Shown one piece after another: positions 10,470 through 55,600 of a DNA stretch of 64,000 bases; the stretch's first letter is position 1; each line of letters opens with the position of its first letter. A model generated the notes under the pieces. That model made no database searches and had not been told where the DNA came from. It saw nothing but the letters and a program-made list of their open reading frames with translations. This stretch comes from Amoebidium appalachense (Eukaryota; Protista; Ichthyosporea), in the NCBI GenBank assembly GCA_963693365.1, contig CAVNZM010000003.1, forward strand, positions 1 through 64,000, read 5' to 3'. The translations under genes and the position numbers were made by a program.

Positions 10470-11926
10470 CCGATTGCAAAGCGCTTGCGCCCCAAATGAC
10501 GACAGCAACAGCTGCAATGACCATGATGTTTGCTCGAATGACCATCACGTTATACCCTGTGGGTATAGTATATAAATTTGTATATTTGCATCAATATTTG
10601 TATTGAAACACATGTTCTAGAGAATTCACTCGTCGTTCAGTGAAAGTAAAGAATGAACTTGAATGAATGATTGAATGAATAAACGGCTTCCTGTCCTTCA
10701 GCCACATTTTGTCTTGACATATTTTTACATGCTCATGGAACGAACGAACGGGCTTGTGTTTTGTTTTTTGTGTTATGTTGTGTTATGTTATGTTTTAGGG
10801 CTTTTGTCTCTACTAGCTCGAGTAGATGGTGGTTGGGATTGGGGTGGGGTTGGGTTGGTTCTCTTGACACCAATAAGTGTATCAGTTTTTCTGGTCCATA
10901 GCACGGGCATGTATGGTTGAGAATGCACAAGACTGGGTTTGCAATAGGCCGATTAACATATTCCGGAATATGTGTTTTTCTGCACGTTGGGGACTGCTCA
11001 GCTATGAGATCTTTACGTGACCCAAACCACAGCAAAACCACTTGTCCCATAATATCGTATTCCGGAATATGTTTGTATCAATACTGTCTAACTTCTATAA
11101 CGTCTTGCTCATGGACTTGCAGACACGTCTTATGGCTCCTGGAACATGCTTATTTTGATTCTAATGTATATTCCGGAATACGTGTTTCCCCGAAGACGTG
11201 TTTCACCACAAATCTGTGATGGGCACGTTTTTTGTTCGTTTTGTCTTCTTGGTGGACTCTCAGAATCCGAATTGGATATGATATGTATAATTTGACACGA
11301 ACGTGCAGGCCCCGTTCGGATGTTTTCATGTCAATATTTTGCTGTGTTTTTGTATCCGAACACCGCTCATGACGGGCCGTCCCCGTTGGTCGATATCTTT
11401 CCTGCCGGGTCCCCAGCTCAGCATTTACTATTCATATGCTAATAAAATACCCCCGTTGTGGCACCACGTCCCAAAATGTAAACTTTACAATTTCTCCCAT
11501 TATCTGTTGTGTGTGTGTGACACAGGTTAGGGAAAGAGTGCATGAAAGATTGGATACGTGTGTGGGATATTCCTCGGTACTTGTTGATGCAATTTATATG
11601 TATATGTGTGAGCGTGTACATACGTGTGTCCAGGTGAACTCCGAGTGTCACACTCTCAATATATTTGCGTGTGTCAATGCGTGTGTGTGTGACTGTGACT
11701 GTGTGTGTGTGTGTGTGTGTGTGTGTTTGTGTGTATGTGTGTGTTTGTGTGTGTGTGTGGTGTGTATCGTATATGTCTGTCTGTGTGTGTGTGTGTGTGG
11801 TGTATGTGCACGGTGTTTCACGTGCGGGTGTGTCTGGTGCGTGCCCTACCAAAACAAAAACTCTTCACACGTGCTTGATCTTGCACTTGCCTCTATCCGC
11901 CTCTACCTCACACCCCCTCCACACAG

Positions 11927-11997
<71 letters not shown>

Positions 11998-12185
11998 GCG
12001 CGCACATTTGCACACACGTTCACACGGACACAGACACACGTGTATACATACGAACAAAAGAACACTTGCGAACACACAAACACGTACACACACACAAACG
12101 CGTGCACGCGCACACGTATACACGCACACACGCACACACACACACACACACTCTCTCTCTCTCTCCTTCTCTCTCTCTCTCTCTC

Positions 12186-12224
<39 letters not shown>

Positions 12225-13152
12225 TTGGCAAACCTCCACGCCACTCCACAAGAAAGCCCTGGAAGGGGTGAAGGGGGAGGGGGTGGGGGGGATGGGGGGG
12301 AGGGACGGGTTCTATATGTGTGTCAAACATTTTTGCTGCGAGTGTACACAAGCATGCGCATGTGTTGTCGGTGTCTGGGTGTAGTGCATGTGTATGTGTG
12401 TCTGTGTGTCTGTCTGTGTGTGTGCATGTGTGTATGTGCACGTGAGCATGTTTCTGCTCGGTGTGTGCATGTATGTGTGTGCGGGTGTGTGTGTGTGGCG
12501 GGTGTGTGTGGGTATATGTAACCTTAGAAAGCTGCTCGGTGCGCCTGTGTCAAATGCAAATAGGCCTAATATTCAGGCTATACCTGTGACTGCTGTCCCA
12601 TTGGTCTATCATGCTGCGCATTTAGCCACAGGCAACCTGGCAGGGTAGCACCAGCACTGCAGCGCACACACGGTCGAGGTTCTAACCTGTTAGGAAAAAA
12701 CACCAGTATATCTCTCACATATAGCTCTTACACCTCATCAAGCTTCACATGCACATGCTGATTACTGACAGCACAGCCCCACGCGGTGGTTCGTCACCAT
12801 CCAGATCACGGCCAGCCAAAATTAAAAAAAAAAAAAGAAAAAGGAGATTGATCGCTGAGCCGGGGCTCTCAAGATTCAAACCCTGCATGTAGACCCCTAT
12901 AAGGGCGCTGATTGGCTAGCCTGGCGGCACTAAACATCCCCCAATACCGTCCAGTTTGGTGGTGGCGCAATTTGTTTTTTTCGTGATCACTGCCTGCTCG
13001 CTAAAAAAACCCTTTTTTTCTGTTGCGGAATACAAACTGTTACAAAAAGAATTTTTTTGTTGGGTGTTTTTTTCTGACATGTGTTTATTTAAAAGTCACA
13101 TATACACATTAATTTACGTTCTTGAAGTCTTGAAAAGGTGATTTGGGGATTC

Positions 13153-44088
<30,936 letters not shown>

Positions 44089-44716
44089 GGCACGTGCGTG
44101 TGTGTACGTGTGTGGAGGGTAGACGTGCCTCAAGTTGGGGACTGAAGGAAGGGAGGGGGGGGGGGGGGGAGGGGGGAGATACTAGCATGATGAAAGGAAT
44201 CTTTTTTTGTTTTTGTGTGCGTGGGTGGGTGTGTTTGTGTGTGGGCGTGGCTGTGGGTGTGTGGGTGTTGCGGGTGGGTGCATGTGTCCGCTCACTCTCT
44301 CTCGAGTATGCGATGTGTGTGTGTTTGACTGCCGTGCGTGCATGTGAATGTATGTGTTGGCAGACACTGAGCATGTGCATTTTTATAATAAAGAACGGTT
44401 AGTACGTCGTACTAAAGGTGCTTGGATTTGTGTTTCATGTACATATGCTGTCGGGATAGTGAATAGCAAATTATGTGCAGTTCAACGCCTAATGATAACT
44501 ACACAGTTTGCATACGTGATTATCTGGTAGCCATATCAATTTTGATTTATAATACACCTTTTATATATCTATATTCATATGATATAAAAATAGAGTTGTT
44601 AATATGTCCCACCACCCTGGGCTGTATAAACATTAATAAAGGCAGTCCTCACGGACCCGGTTGTGATTTAATGATTTATGAAAACATTTTCCAACAACCA
44701 TCCTGTCCCCCCCCTT

Positions 44717-44748
<32 letters not shown>

Positions 44749-46175
44749 TTCCCTCGTGCGCACGGCCAACCTCGACCCATCCTCCCCCGTTGTGAGTGCC
44801 AGATGGTGTCCGCGATATGTTGTATCTATTTTCGCTACCCTGTACGCGTACGACACCCACACACGATGCCATATGCACAGGCACGCAGACATGAACACCG
44901 ACGTGCAAACGTCTACTCTTTATATACACACATCATGACACAGGTGCACACACCCTTATACATGCACACACACGCACAGATTCCACGGCCATGATTGGCT
45001 AACAGTGTAGCACACTGAATATTGCATGTTATGCATAATGCGTACACAGGTGTGCTTATCTTGGGGGCCACGTACCTGCATCTTATCATGTGGCTGCCGT
45101 CTGCAGGTACACACTCGGTGTTTATTGGGTTAATTGTTTGCCAGGTGGTGCGTAAAGGGTGCATGCAAGAAGCCTGCTCAGGAAACAATCGCCTCTCGCT
45201 GACAAAGATTCACAGAACGATAGCAATTGGTATAGGGAGGTCGTATCACATACACCGCTTCTAAGGTAAACACATCTTCAATTGCAAAACAACCCGAAAA
45301 GTATGAATATTTATAAAACAACAAAAAAAAGTAGGAATATATCGATCTCAAAAAAAATTATATCGGGACCCGCATTTTTCGCGCTATCACTGATTAGCCG
45401 AATCATTGATAGAAATTTGGGCGGGAATGTTTGGCGCGCATAAAAAAGAATTTATAAAACAATAAAGAAAAAATAGGAATATGATGACATTTATTTCACC
45501 GAAAAACTAAAGAACTTCTGTTACCCCACAAGTTTCATACTTGTGTGTGTCTGGGCCCCAGTTAAGAGGGGGTCGGCCGCCTCAGATCATTTTCAATCTG
45601 ATGAAGGTGCAAATGTGTGTGCATGTGTAAGTGCCTGTGTGTGAGTGTGTGTGTGTGTCTCACGATACATGTGTGCGCGCAAACAAACAAGAAACCTCGG
45701 AATTGAAATGTAATCTCAGTGAAAAGTCCCCAACGAATTTCATATTAATCAAGCAAACTTATAAAGAAAAAAAAACTAAAAATCGATTATCCAATCATAA
45801 AGCTTACAAAAAGAATAAAAATAAAAAATAAAAAAAAATAAAAAAGAAGAAGAAGAAGAAGAAGAAGAAGAAGACAAGTGTACAGTCCATGGGTTTCTAG
45901 GTGCCTCCAGAACCACAATTTTGCGATTCGATATACTTCTAGCAGGCGCTTGGTCATTCCCATCCATGGCCTGTTCACCGTGATCTGACAAGTGTATCAT
46001 ATACAGCATAGCAACACGGTGCATATATGACAGCCTGCGCACATACAGATACCACCCGCCTTTAGGAACCCCCTGGAATTTTTTTTTAAACGTGATCGCG
46101 GTGCATATTCTTAAAGTTTTTGCATGGCCGCTATCATCAGTTAAATGGCACGGGACCCCCGGGGGCGGTGGGGAA

Positions 46176-46207
<32 letters not shown>

Positions 46208-46705
46208 AAGGGAGGACGGGGGAGAAATGGGGCCCAGGGGAGGGGAGGAGGGGGGGGGGGGGGGGGGAGGGGGAAGGGGAAGGGGGGAAAGGGGGGGGGG
46301 GGGGGGGGGGGGGCATGAGTATGCATGGTCCAGCAAAATTTACAGGTGAGTCCGCCATTAAGAATATCCCAAAATCCGGCTGTGGTGCATAAAAACAGAT
46401 AATAAAAAAAAACGGACTTGGCCGCTAGCGTATTCCTATTGGCGGGTATTCTTAATAGTGGAAGGTATCTGTAACCCCCCCCCCCCACCCCCCCCCCCCC
46501 ACCCCCCCCCCCCCGGCCACGGAGTCCCTCCTTGCCGGAGGAACTTCTTCTGTATGGGTTGGGAGGTGAGAGGTGTGTGTACGTGTGGAGGGAATGTGTG
46601 TGTGTGGGTGGGGGGGGGGGGGGGGGGGGGGGGGGAAGGGGATGTCAGCGGCACGGTGGGTATCACGGGTGTGTGTTTGTGTGTGTGTACGTGGCTTTGT
46701 GTGCC

Positions 46706-46766
<61 letters not shown>

Positions 46767-46791
46767 CTTTGTGTGCCTTTGTGTGTGTGCC

Positions 46792-46829
<38 letters not shown>

Positions 46830-47859
46830 TGTGTGTGGCGCTTTCAATACTGAATCAAAGCGGATCCAAGTTAATATTATGGCACTGTGCGGTTATCGGT
46901 CAAAAAACCAGCGGGAAAAAACCCCCAAACAAGACAACAACTGTTCCGGGGGAAAATGTAAGCATTCACCACACACTTGCGAATATCTTGCCACTGCCCA
47001 CCCACCCACAGTGGAAAATATTCCTACGGGAAACGGGGTCCCAGAGAGGAGGGGGGGGGGGGGGGGGGGGGGGGTGCCGGGCTACGGCTGAGAAATCTTA
47101 CTTTTCTAGACTTCCTCGATTTACTACTGACCCGGTACCGGTTAGGGTGACTTACCCCATGTAGGCCCCCGGGGGGTGGGTGGGTGGTGGTGGTGGTGGG
47201 GGGGGGGGGAGCAACATCGCGTGGAGACGTGCCCATATCATGGCTGCCCCATTAATTGTGATCAAATGAGGGCCTGCCTTCCACATTCAAAATGATACCG
47301 CCATTCACGGCGATGTATTGATGATACTGGGCTTACGCAACATACATTGCACCGTGACTATGTCGGCATGTCGTGACTTCAAGTCTCTACCACAGATGGG
47401 CCGTTGAATATTGTTATGATTAAACAAACTTTGTCCGAACGCCAGTGCAGCGCCCTCGAGTCCCATTTCTTAATAAGGATAATGCAAACTAATCACTAGT
47501 AAACTAATTTGATATTCAACAACATCGATCAACAAAAGTAGAGAAACTAGGCCACACATATGTACACCGTGCACATGCCGCTGGGATACTCTTGAGATAT
47601 GCAGCATTGTGCAATTTGTGTAATTACTTCTTAAGCTGTTAGACATGTACATTCACGTTTCTCATCGATACCCCCCCCCCCCCCCCCCCCACCTCCTTCC
47701 CCCCCCCCCCCCCCCCCCCCCCCCGTTGGCCTCCCCTCTCTATATATATTTGAAGTGGCACGGTGTGCTGCTATATAGATATACTTTTATAAGTGGCCCT
47801 TAATTAATCACCGGCCAACTAGCTCTGCACCCAGGCCACCGGCCGTATGCAACCCTTCT

Positions 47860-48120
47860 CTACTTCTTGCAGCAGTAGCCGGCACAGCAGCTCTTGGTCG
47901 ACCCCGCCCACAGCTTGCAGGTTTGGGCCGTGTTCCTGGTGCCTGCTGGGCAGTCCACAGACAGGCAGCTGCCACGTGGCACTGGGCCTGCGGGCAGACA
48001 GCACGTGTTTTCGTTGCAGCACGTTGATCCGGCCTTGCAGCGCATCACCCCGCAGGTCTTGGGGTCCACCCGGTAGCCGTTGCACTTGACCATACGGTCA
48101 CAGCTGGTCAGCCCGGTGGG
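47860..48120 (-). CDS. Cys-rich domain exon or gene fragment paralogous to the C-terminus of 50137-50964
   Basis: SCDRMVKCNGYRVDPKTCGVMRCKAG...RGSCLSVDCPAGTRNTAQTCKLWAGSTKSCCAGYCCKK*; no clear start or signal peptide. Confidence 0.65.
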   Translation of the reverse strand, partial: PTGLTSCDRMVKCNGYRVDPKTCGVMRCKAGSTCCNENTCCLPAGPVPRGSCLSVDCPAGTRNTAQTCKLWAGSTKSCCAGYCCKK

Positions 48121-48199
48121 CGTTTGTGTGTGTGTGTGTGGTAAAAGGGATCTCTCAGATCTCTCATCCTCTGTTGTTTTTGTGGGTTTCAAAGTGTGT

Positions 48200-48249
<50 letters not shown>

Positions 48250-50136
48250 GATTTATCATCAACTGCCCAATCCATTTGGTCCCGTCATTCCCCACACCAG
48301 CCCTTTCCTGTCTGTTTTTCTTACCCCCTCCCTCCCTTTGTGCACCATGAAAGAACGAGTATTACTCCCCAATAAGTGCATATGAATGTAGTGTGCCTGT
48401 CTGCACGTTCAGACACTGGCATGTGCGTGTTTAAAGCCGGTACCGCTACGCCGATGAAACTTTATTTGGTATTGTAGGTATTGTATTGCATGTACATATC
48501 GTAGAGACTACACAGTATGCCATGCTACTATTTATGAAACACTTCTATGGGTGTTCATGATGATATAGTTGTTAACACTGTGACCCACGCCTTGGACTGC
48601 CAGTGAGTAATTATAAACAATAAATGAAGATATGTCTTGCGGGCATGTGAAACAATCAATGTCAAAAGCTCGCTCTTGAATAACCACCTTTCAACATCCA
48701 TCCCCAAATGTATTCCTTCTCCCCCCCCCCTTACTCCCCTTGCACACAGCCAGCCGTTCGAGTGATAATCCCCATCACCAGGTTACGTGGCACTTGCAAA
48801 TGCTGTTGGTACCTCTATCCTTGTACCGACACACAAACACACTGTTGAGGGAACAGGCACATGCACACGTACACGGGTCGGGCACCCAGATACATAAATA
48901 CTGCTGCTCAGAGTCTACATATAATAATATTTATTGTTATTTATATGGGAATCATCAATGATGCATTTTACCGGCCACTCCCTCCGGCCAGCCTGGAAAC
49001 ACATGTAACCCATATGCCTAGACATGTACATCATGATACATGTACAGATGAAATACCACTAATACACGGCCATTAGTGTGAGACTGCCAAAAGCTGGGCA
49101 CCCAAGTCAGAATGGTACAGGCAACATGTCCGGGACAAAGCAAACCGTTGAAAACCACTAACCCCCCCCCCCCCCCCCAAAAAAAAAAGACGAAGAAGAA
49201 AAATGAAAAGAAAAGATAAACAAAGGAACAAAGAATAAAGCAAAGGGCCTAAACTAATCAACTACATAGGTTGGGAAGGTGGTATTAGGTGTGTGCCGTG
49301 TGTGCGCAGGTATTGGAAACAAGAGTTAAGCAGTTAGTTAGTCACCCGTGTTAAGACGAAAATTTATGATTGTAAAGTGTTGTGTAGGGTGACGAGAACA
49401 GTGGATAGGTTGGTAGGTTGCAATTGGTAGTGTGGCAGAAAAGGAGGCCAGTGTTGCTAACGGAATAGAGGATACATACAGCGTCTCACACAGCTACGAC
49501 ACCAAGCTTAAGGGTGTGGCCCCCTAGGTTAGGGCACCACCGCCTAGGAAACGTCAGAGCCTCCTAATCAGTTATCACACCACTAAAGGGACCATTGTGC
49601 TAATAGTACTGTACACCAAAAGGAAACCCCGTTATATATGCCGAGTGGGCTAAAGATCGTTTCTCGCGGCCAGTGGAGCAAACATATTGCACTAATTGGG
49701 TTTGTATATGTGCATACTTACATTAGATGTGATAGAGATCGTGTTCTGTGTTAAGTGTACATGAATTCGTGCGTGTGTGTAGGAATCGAGTGTCATGAAT
49801 TCGTCAAGAGAGTGCACGTGCGAGACTCCTGTACGTGTGTATCAATGCTTCGGTCACTGTGTGTGTGTGTGCCTGTCAGACTGTACCTGGGCACGGACTA
49901 GGGTGCACCTGTCTCTATGTATCGCGGTCCCTCAGTTATTCTTCGACACCGTGTAGATATGTATGTCCCCAACACGCCCAAACTATCTCTCCTTCGTGCT
50001 TTTAAATATTTAAGAGCAGCACACGGAGCCTCTCCTCACAGAACTGAAGTGTGACCACACACATGTGGGCAACTTTGGCCACTGCCGCAGCACTGATACC
50101 ATCCCTTGATACTCCCATAGACTCCAGAATGCCCAC

Positions 50137-50964
50137 TCATGATTTCTTGCAGCAGTAGCTTGCACAGCAGGCCTCGGTCGACCCCGCCCACAGCTTGCAT
50201 GTTTTTGTGGTGCGTCTTGTTCCCTGCGGGCAGTCCACCGACAGACAGCTGCCACGTGTTCCGGGCTTGAAGCAGCAGTAGTTTTCATTGCACGGCATTG
50301 TTGTCTTCCAGCTCACCCCGGCCTTGCAGCGCATCATCCCGCAGGTCTTGGGGTCCGGTTTGTAGGTGGCACACTTCACGACACTGGCACAGCTAATGAG
50401 CCCGTTGACAGGTGGCGACGGTGTGGGCTTGGGCGGCGGTGTGGGCGTGGGCTTGGTGGTAGTAATGATTGGCTTAACGGTGGATTTTGTCGGCTTTGGG
50501 GCTGGTGGTGCGGTGGGTTTGCTGGTCGGGGCGGATGTAGAACTTTGGGTTGACGTGCTCGATGATGGTGATGATGCGGGTTCAGTTGGCTTGGTTGCGA
50601 GGAATGCAGGAAACACTTCATCCGTGTAGCACTCGACAAAGCTTGCACTCATCCCCTTGGTAGTGGTCGGTTTGCTGCACGCCGCATCGCTGTAGTACGC
50701 TATGCTGAATTCTGTGGGCGATGCCTGCGTGAACTTGACGTAGTTGTCAGTGCCGTGCTGTATGCCGAAATTTGTGTTGACGTCCACACAGTCGTTCCAG
50801 TTGAAGTTGGCGACTTTCTTGATCACTGATTCGTCTCCGAACTGGCAGTCACTTAATCCCTCACTGTACACATAGAATGTCATCGGCTTAGTGCTTTGCG
50901 CAAAGGCAAGGCTCATGGTGCCAGCCATGCATACGGCGGCGAGGCCACGGTGCGCTAAAGGCAT
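50137..50964 (-). CDS. Intronless secreted protein: signal peptide, globular domain, P/T/S/K mucin-like linker, C-terminal Cys-rich domain (275 aa)
   Basis: ATG 50964, MPLAHRGLAAVCMAGTMSLAFAQ; TATAAAA about 85 nt upstream; paralogous domain 2 kb downstream. Confidence 0.85.
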   Translation of the reverse strand: MPLAHRGLAAVCMAGTMSLAFAQSTKPMTFYVYSEGLSDCQFGDESVIKKVANFNWNDCVDVNTNFGIQHGTDNYVKFTQASPTEFSIAYYSDAACSKPTTTKGMSASFVECYTDEVFPAFLATKPTEPASSPSSSTSTQSSTSAPTSKPTAPPAPKPTKSTVKPIITTTKPTPTPPPKPTPSPPVNGLISCASVVKCATYKPDPKTCGMMRCKAGVSWKTTMPCNENYCCFKPGTRGSCLSVDCPQGTRRTTKTCKLWAGSTEACCASYCCKKS

Positions 50965-51044
50965 CTTTTTGCGATATGGTGGCCGGAGAGCGAGGTGCAA
51001 GTCGAGGTACGAAAGTTAATGCAAGGTGCAGGTTCAGTCTGTGC

Positions 51045-51053
51045 TTTTATAGT
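51045..51053 (-). promoter_or_regulatory. TATA box of the secreted Cys-rich gene
   Basis: CTATAAAAG on the minus strand upstream of ATG 50964. Confidence 0.5.
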
Positions 51054-52239
51054 GGCCCGTGGAGTCCATAAATGGCGATAACATATCATGATATGTGACC
51101 AATCGTATTTTGCTATGTTATGCCAAAAAAGTGCAGTTCTGGGCAAGCACATGTTGCTGCCACAAAAATGCCCATAAAGACAGAGAGAGGGATCTATACA
51201 TACTATCTATGTATATTTTTTTACATGTCTCTCTCTGCCATTGTTCAGGTTCGGTCAACAGCCAGTGACCCTAGGCGGGCCAAAATAATACACGACAATA
51301 ATAATGCCAATAATGCCTGGTCGCCGTGGTCCCTGGTGGTTAACACCCTGAATATCAAAGGGATAATATGATTGGATAATGGGGCATGTCCAAAATGGCC
51401 AGGTGTGCAACTTTTCTCGCAATGCATCAGAGGCATTATTGATATATCATACTTCTATTAGTTCACTGATAATAACAATTGTTCCCTTCAGTTCGCTGTG
51501 TCCGTCATTCGAAGATGTCTGATTTTAGGTGGGTTGCATAGGTGTAAAATTAGTTATGACACAAGGATGTTATTTTAACCCGACCTCGAGGCCCCGAACC
51601 GTGGGCGTGGTTGATTACAAAAAAGGTTTTTGTTGCCGTTTGCAAATCTAAATTTAGGCCATAACTATATAGCTATGTACGGCCTTTTCAATTATTTTTG
51701 CAACGCGAATTAACCGCCGTAAAGTACTGAAGTATTGCGAGCCAGGCGGAGGTGTTTAATGGTTATCATGTTTATCCCGGGTATGTGCTGAAACTGGCAG
51801 GAATGTGGGCAGGTATCTCCTCCCATGGTCCGGTATGGCATCGATACATCTGTGTATGTAATGTGTGTGCAGCGTAGCGGAGTCCAGGCAATAGTCCAGG
51901 CACTGTATTTTCCATCCCAATAACTTAAAAAGGCCATTTAACGTAGCGAATGATTTCTTTTTTGAACAAACCAAGGTCTTTTCAATTGCGTCTTCATGGC
52001 ATGCGCGGCATTCGTGATCAGGGCTTCAAATTATTAAATCTTCTAATTTTATTCAAGCTTTTATTCAACATTGAATGAAGGGGTTTACGCACACAATCAC
52101 ACGATCACGTCCTTGAACGCCAACCCTAGACCGTAAATAATATACTACGTTCATGATCCTGCATGCGGCACTGCACACGCTCCCATGGCACTGCCGAAAC
52201 ACCACCCGGACTATGAGAGTAGTTTACTTTCATTTACAC

Positions 52240-52385
52240 ACACAGATTCGGGGGTTTACGCTGTTTACCCGAGGCAAAGAGAGACCAGTCTCAGGTATGG
52301 GGGGGTTTTGCTCGGAATATCCCCTCAGCGGTATATCATGATCACGCACATAAATGTCGGGTGATGACTATATATCAGGGTTTCC
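52240..52385 (+). repeat. Dispersed repeat R1, copy 2
   Basis: Close similarity to 870-1020. Confidence 0.85.
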
Positions 52386-52465
52386 TTTCTGTACGAGACA
52401 CCATAAAGACTATTCCGAAAAAAATTTCTTTTGACTGAATTTATTCGACGGAAAGATATGTAAGT

Positions 52466-52632
52466 ATGCACGGCATACTGAGAAGACAATAAAAACTTCA
52501 CGAGTTATCCAGTAACAAGTGCATACTGAGATACCTGAACACTGTGTGAAAATCATATAAATACTAAATGTGCCGACCAACAGAATTCAACAAAAAGTCT
52601 AAAGTGGTCACATTGCCAGCCAGTGTAGCAGA
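52466..52632 (-). repeat. Dispersed repeat R2, copy 2 (inverted relative to 1255-1420)
   Basis: Reverse complement matches 1255-1420 with few substitutions. Confidence 0.85.
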
Positions 52633-52634
52633 CA

Positions 52635-55600
52635 CCCGTACTAGGGAAAGAGGTAAAACGCGACATAAAAACTCACAACTATTAACATGCTTGCGATTAA
52701 AAAGTTCAGCACAAAAGTGGCACCACCGGCGATGGAAACAAAAATTACAACGCCACTGCACAACTTCCCAGGCAATATCAACATCAGAGCACCATACAGA
52801 CTTATCTACTAGGGTGGTATCCATACGTACAGCAGGAGAAATATATCCTGCCAAAGCTCCCAAAAAGCGATAATGATCAGTACGGTGTTGCCTTAGGAAC
52901 ATAACACATGGCGACTGAGTTTTACCTTTGATTTCTCTATCAGAACGAGAAAGAAACTTATACTGCGTATGGTAATAACGCGAAAAGGCAGAAAAAACAG
53001 GAAGAGAAAGAAAGAGGGAGTGAGATAGCGAGAGGCAGAATCAGGTTGAAAGAGGGTAGGCTGAGGACATTCATAAGTAGCGTTGGTGAATCGGGGGGGA
53101 AGAGGGATGGAGGGAGGGGGGGGAAAGAAAGCATAAAGAGGGTGACCATCAGGTATCCTAACTAAATGAAGACAAAAACGAAGAGACAATTCCTCCATAC
53201 GACACACAGCAGACCACAATCCAAACATACTGATTAAGGGATGCACAAACCGAGTACGAAACAAAGTGCGCAGCGCAGTACCCTGAAAATCGTCGAACTC
53301 TTTCAGCGCCACGGCCGCCTTGCGAGGTGGGGCGCAGGCCAATAGCGGAATTCCATATTTAAAAGTCGGCCGGAAAAAAGTTTTATAGTAGAGAACTTCG
53401 TGAAGAAGGTTCGCAGGATGGATCACAGATTCCCGTTGAAACATATTTGACATGGTGTGAAGCTTACCCTTCGCACGAGCGATCCGTGCCGTGAGGAGCT
53501 TGCGGAAATCAATACCCCGTGCAGTAAAAGGAATACCCAAATAGTCATAGGTGCTCTGAACAGGATCAGGAAGACCGGCTAATCGAAAGGAAGAGTTTTT
53601 CGAAAAAGTAGCACACTTTGCAATTCCGACTGACGTCATGAGATTCTCGGTGCACCATTGATGATCCACCTGACGAAGCATCTGATGCATGACATCTTCG
53701 GTTAAGGAACAAAGAACAATATCGTCCGCAAAAAGGAGACCCGGTACACGGCGGGTATGCAGTTGGCCAAAGGGTTTGAAGGCGCAGGCTAAATTGTCAA
53801 TGAAAACGTCAAACAACAACGGACTCAGGAGGGACCCCTGCAGAAGACCCCGAGAACGAGAAAAACCGGGCGTTAATGTTCCATCGACCGCCGCTCGTCC
53901 GCGAGTGGTGTCGAACCTGAGCGCTTGCAGAAGACGGCCAAAGGGGGCTGGTAAGCCCCGCATAGCCAGCTTATGCCATAACAAACCAGTGGGTACGGTG
54001 TCGTAGGCGTTCAGAATCTTAAGGTCGATGAAGACAACGTGCGGAGAGCCAGAAGTAATGGATTCATGGAGTAACAGGCTGTGGGTATAACACGAATAGG
54101 CATGACGAAAGCCCCCTTGAAGGGAAGAAAGACGGAACACGGCGTTTAAAGAATCGTCGGTGTTAAACGCGCGAAGCATGCAACCCTCGAAGAGCCGACG
54201 AAAAACGTTGGTACCGTAAGTGTGACGGGACGACAGTCGTTAATGACCCCCTGCGATACCTTCTTACGAGCGGGCGTAACGATTGTGCCAAGCCACAAAT
54301 TTGGAATAAACCCGAGTTCGAAAAAAGCCGAAAAAAACGACACTAAGAAGGACAGCAAAAGGCGGGGGCGGGGGGGGACTCTGCACGATTATGTCGGGGT
54401 GGAAGCACGGGAGAAAGAACCTTGAAAAGCACGGGAGGAAAAGCATCCGGCCCGCACGCTTTGTGGGGTTTTAACGCCCGTATAGCACCAAAAATAGCCG
54501 AAGAGTTGAAATAACTGTGAAAAGTGCCCGGGAACGATCGGTCCGGCTCCCAACTCGGCTGTTGGGATCTGAGAGGCCAGCGGGCGGTGATGGAACCGTG
54601 GACACGTTAGGAAGCGAAAATAGGGAAGCATAATAGTCATCGACGGATTCAGCGACGGAGATGGAAGGAGACGGGGCATAGACTTGCGCGGAAGGCCCAA
54701 ACCGACCGGCGGATTTCCAGACCGATAATGCTTCCTGTAGAGGCAACAACTGTCGCAGGGACTGCAAAACGTGAGACTGTCTCAGCCGAACGGAAGGGTA
54801 CGCAACCGTGCCCACCACCTGCTCGCCAAGGGCAAATAGAAACTCAACAAACTCATTATAACAAACCTCCAAATTAGCCGGGTTCCGCTGCGCACGGGCG
54901 AGTCGCGCACTGTGGCAAGAAAGAAGCCATGAGCCGACTCATACTCCTTGACGGCGAGTAACTGGTTTAACTTGTGCTTGAAACCGCGAGATAAGAGGCG
55001 GCGGTTAGTCTGAGTAGCCCCGCCGAAGTGAACAGGGAAGGAAACCGAAAATTCTACAGGAGAATGGTCCGAACTACGCCGTAAGGAATTGGGTGGGGAA
55101 ATTGCTCGAAGGGTGGAGTCCCAAAACGAGGCACCCCAGTCAGTCGCGTGGTTAGCGAAAACGCGAGGAAGACGGACAAGGTGCTTTCGAAGAAGGCTGG
55201 CAGGGACACGAGCACGGTCAGAAAAAGGACGAAACTGTGCTGGGGACGGGGCCCGGCATGTTCCCTATCACACGGAACCACTGGACAATTGAAGTCACCG
55301 ATAAAAACTTGCATCAGAGATACGGGAATTTGGTTAACCACGGCTGACAAAGTGTCAGTACCTAATGATGTAGGAAAGTACACGAAAGATAGAGTCCACG
55401 CACGAAACTGAATGGTGACGAAATACTCATGCGCCGAAATGACCCTGCATTATCCGAGCGAATGCTAGGATTGGCTACAACCGCGTTGCCACCTCGGGAG
55501 AAACCAGTCGATGACGAAGACCCAATCAAAAATCCGGATTGCTCCAACAGTTACTGATGATGATTATAGAACCATGTCTCGGCAAGAACAACAAAAGAAT

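Noticed and set aside
10955-11185. Three TATTCCGGAATA palindromes about 100 bp apart
   Set aside because: Probably an old degenerate tandem repeat; no evidence of function.
12523-12566. Minus-strand LFAFDTGAPSSFL aspartic-protease-like mini-exon
   Set aside because: Has AG/GT bounds, but I could not link it to other exons in a credible frame; may be chance or a relic.
49260-49950. Possible solo LTR between the Cys-rich paralogues
   Set aside because: Composition is suggestive, but no TG..CA pair with a TSD or second copy could be established.
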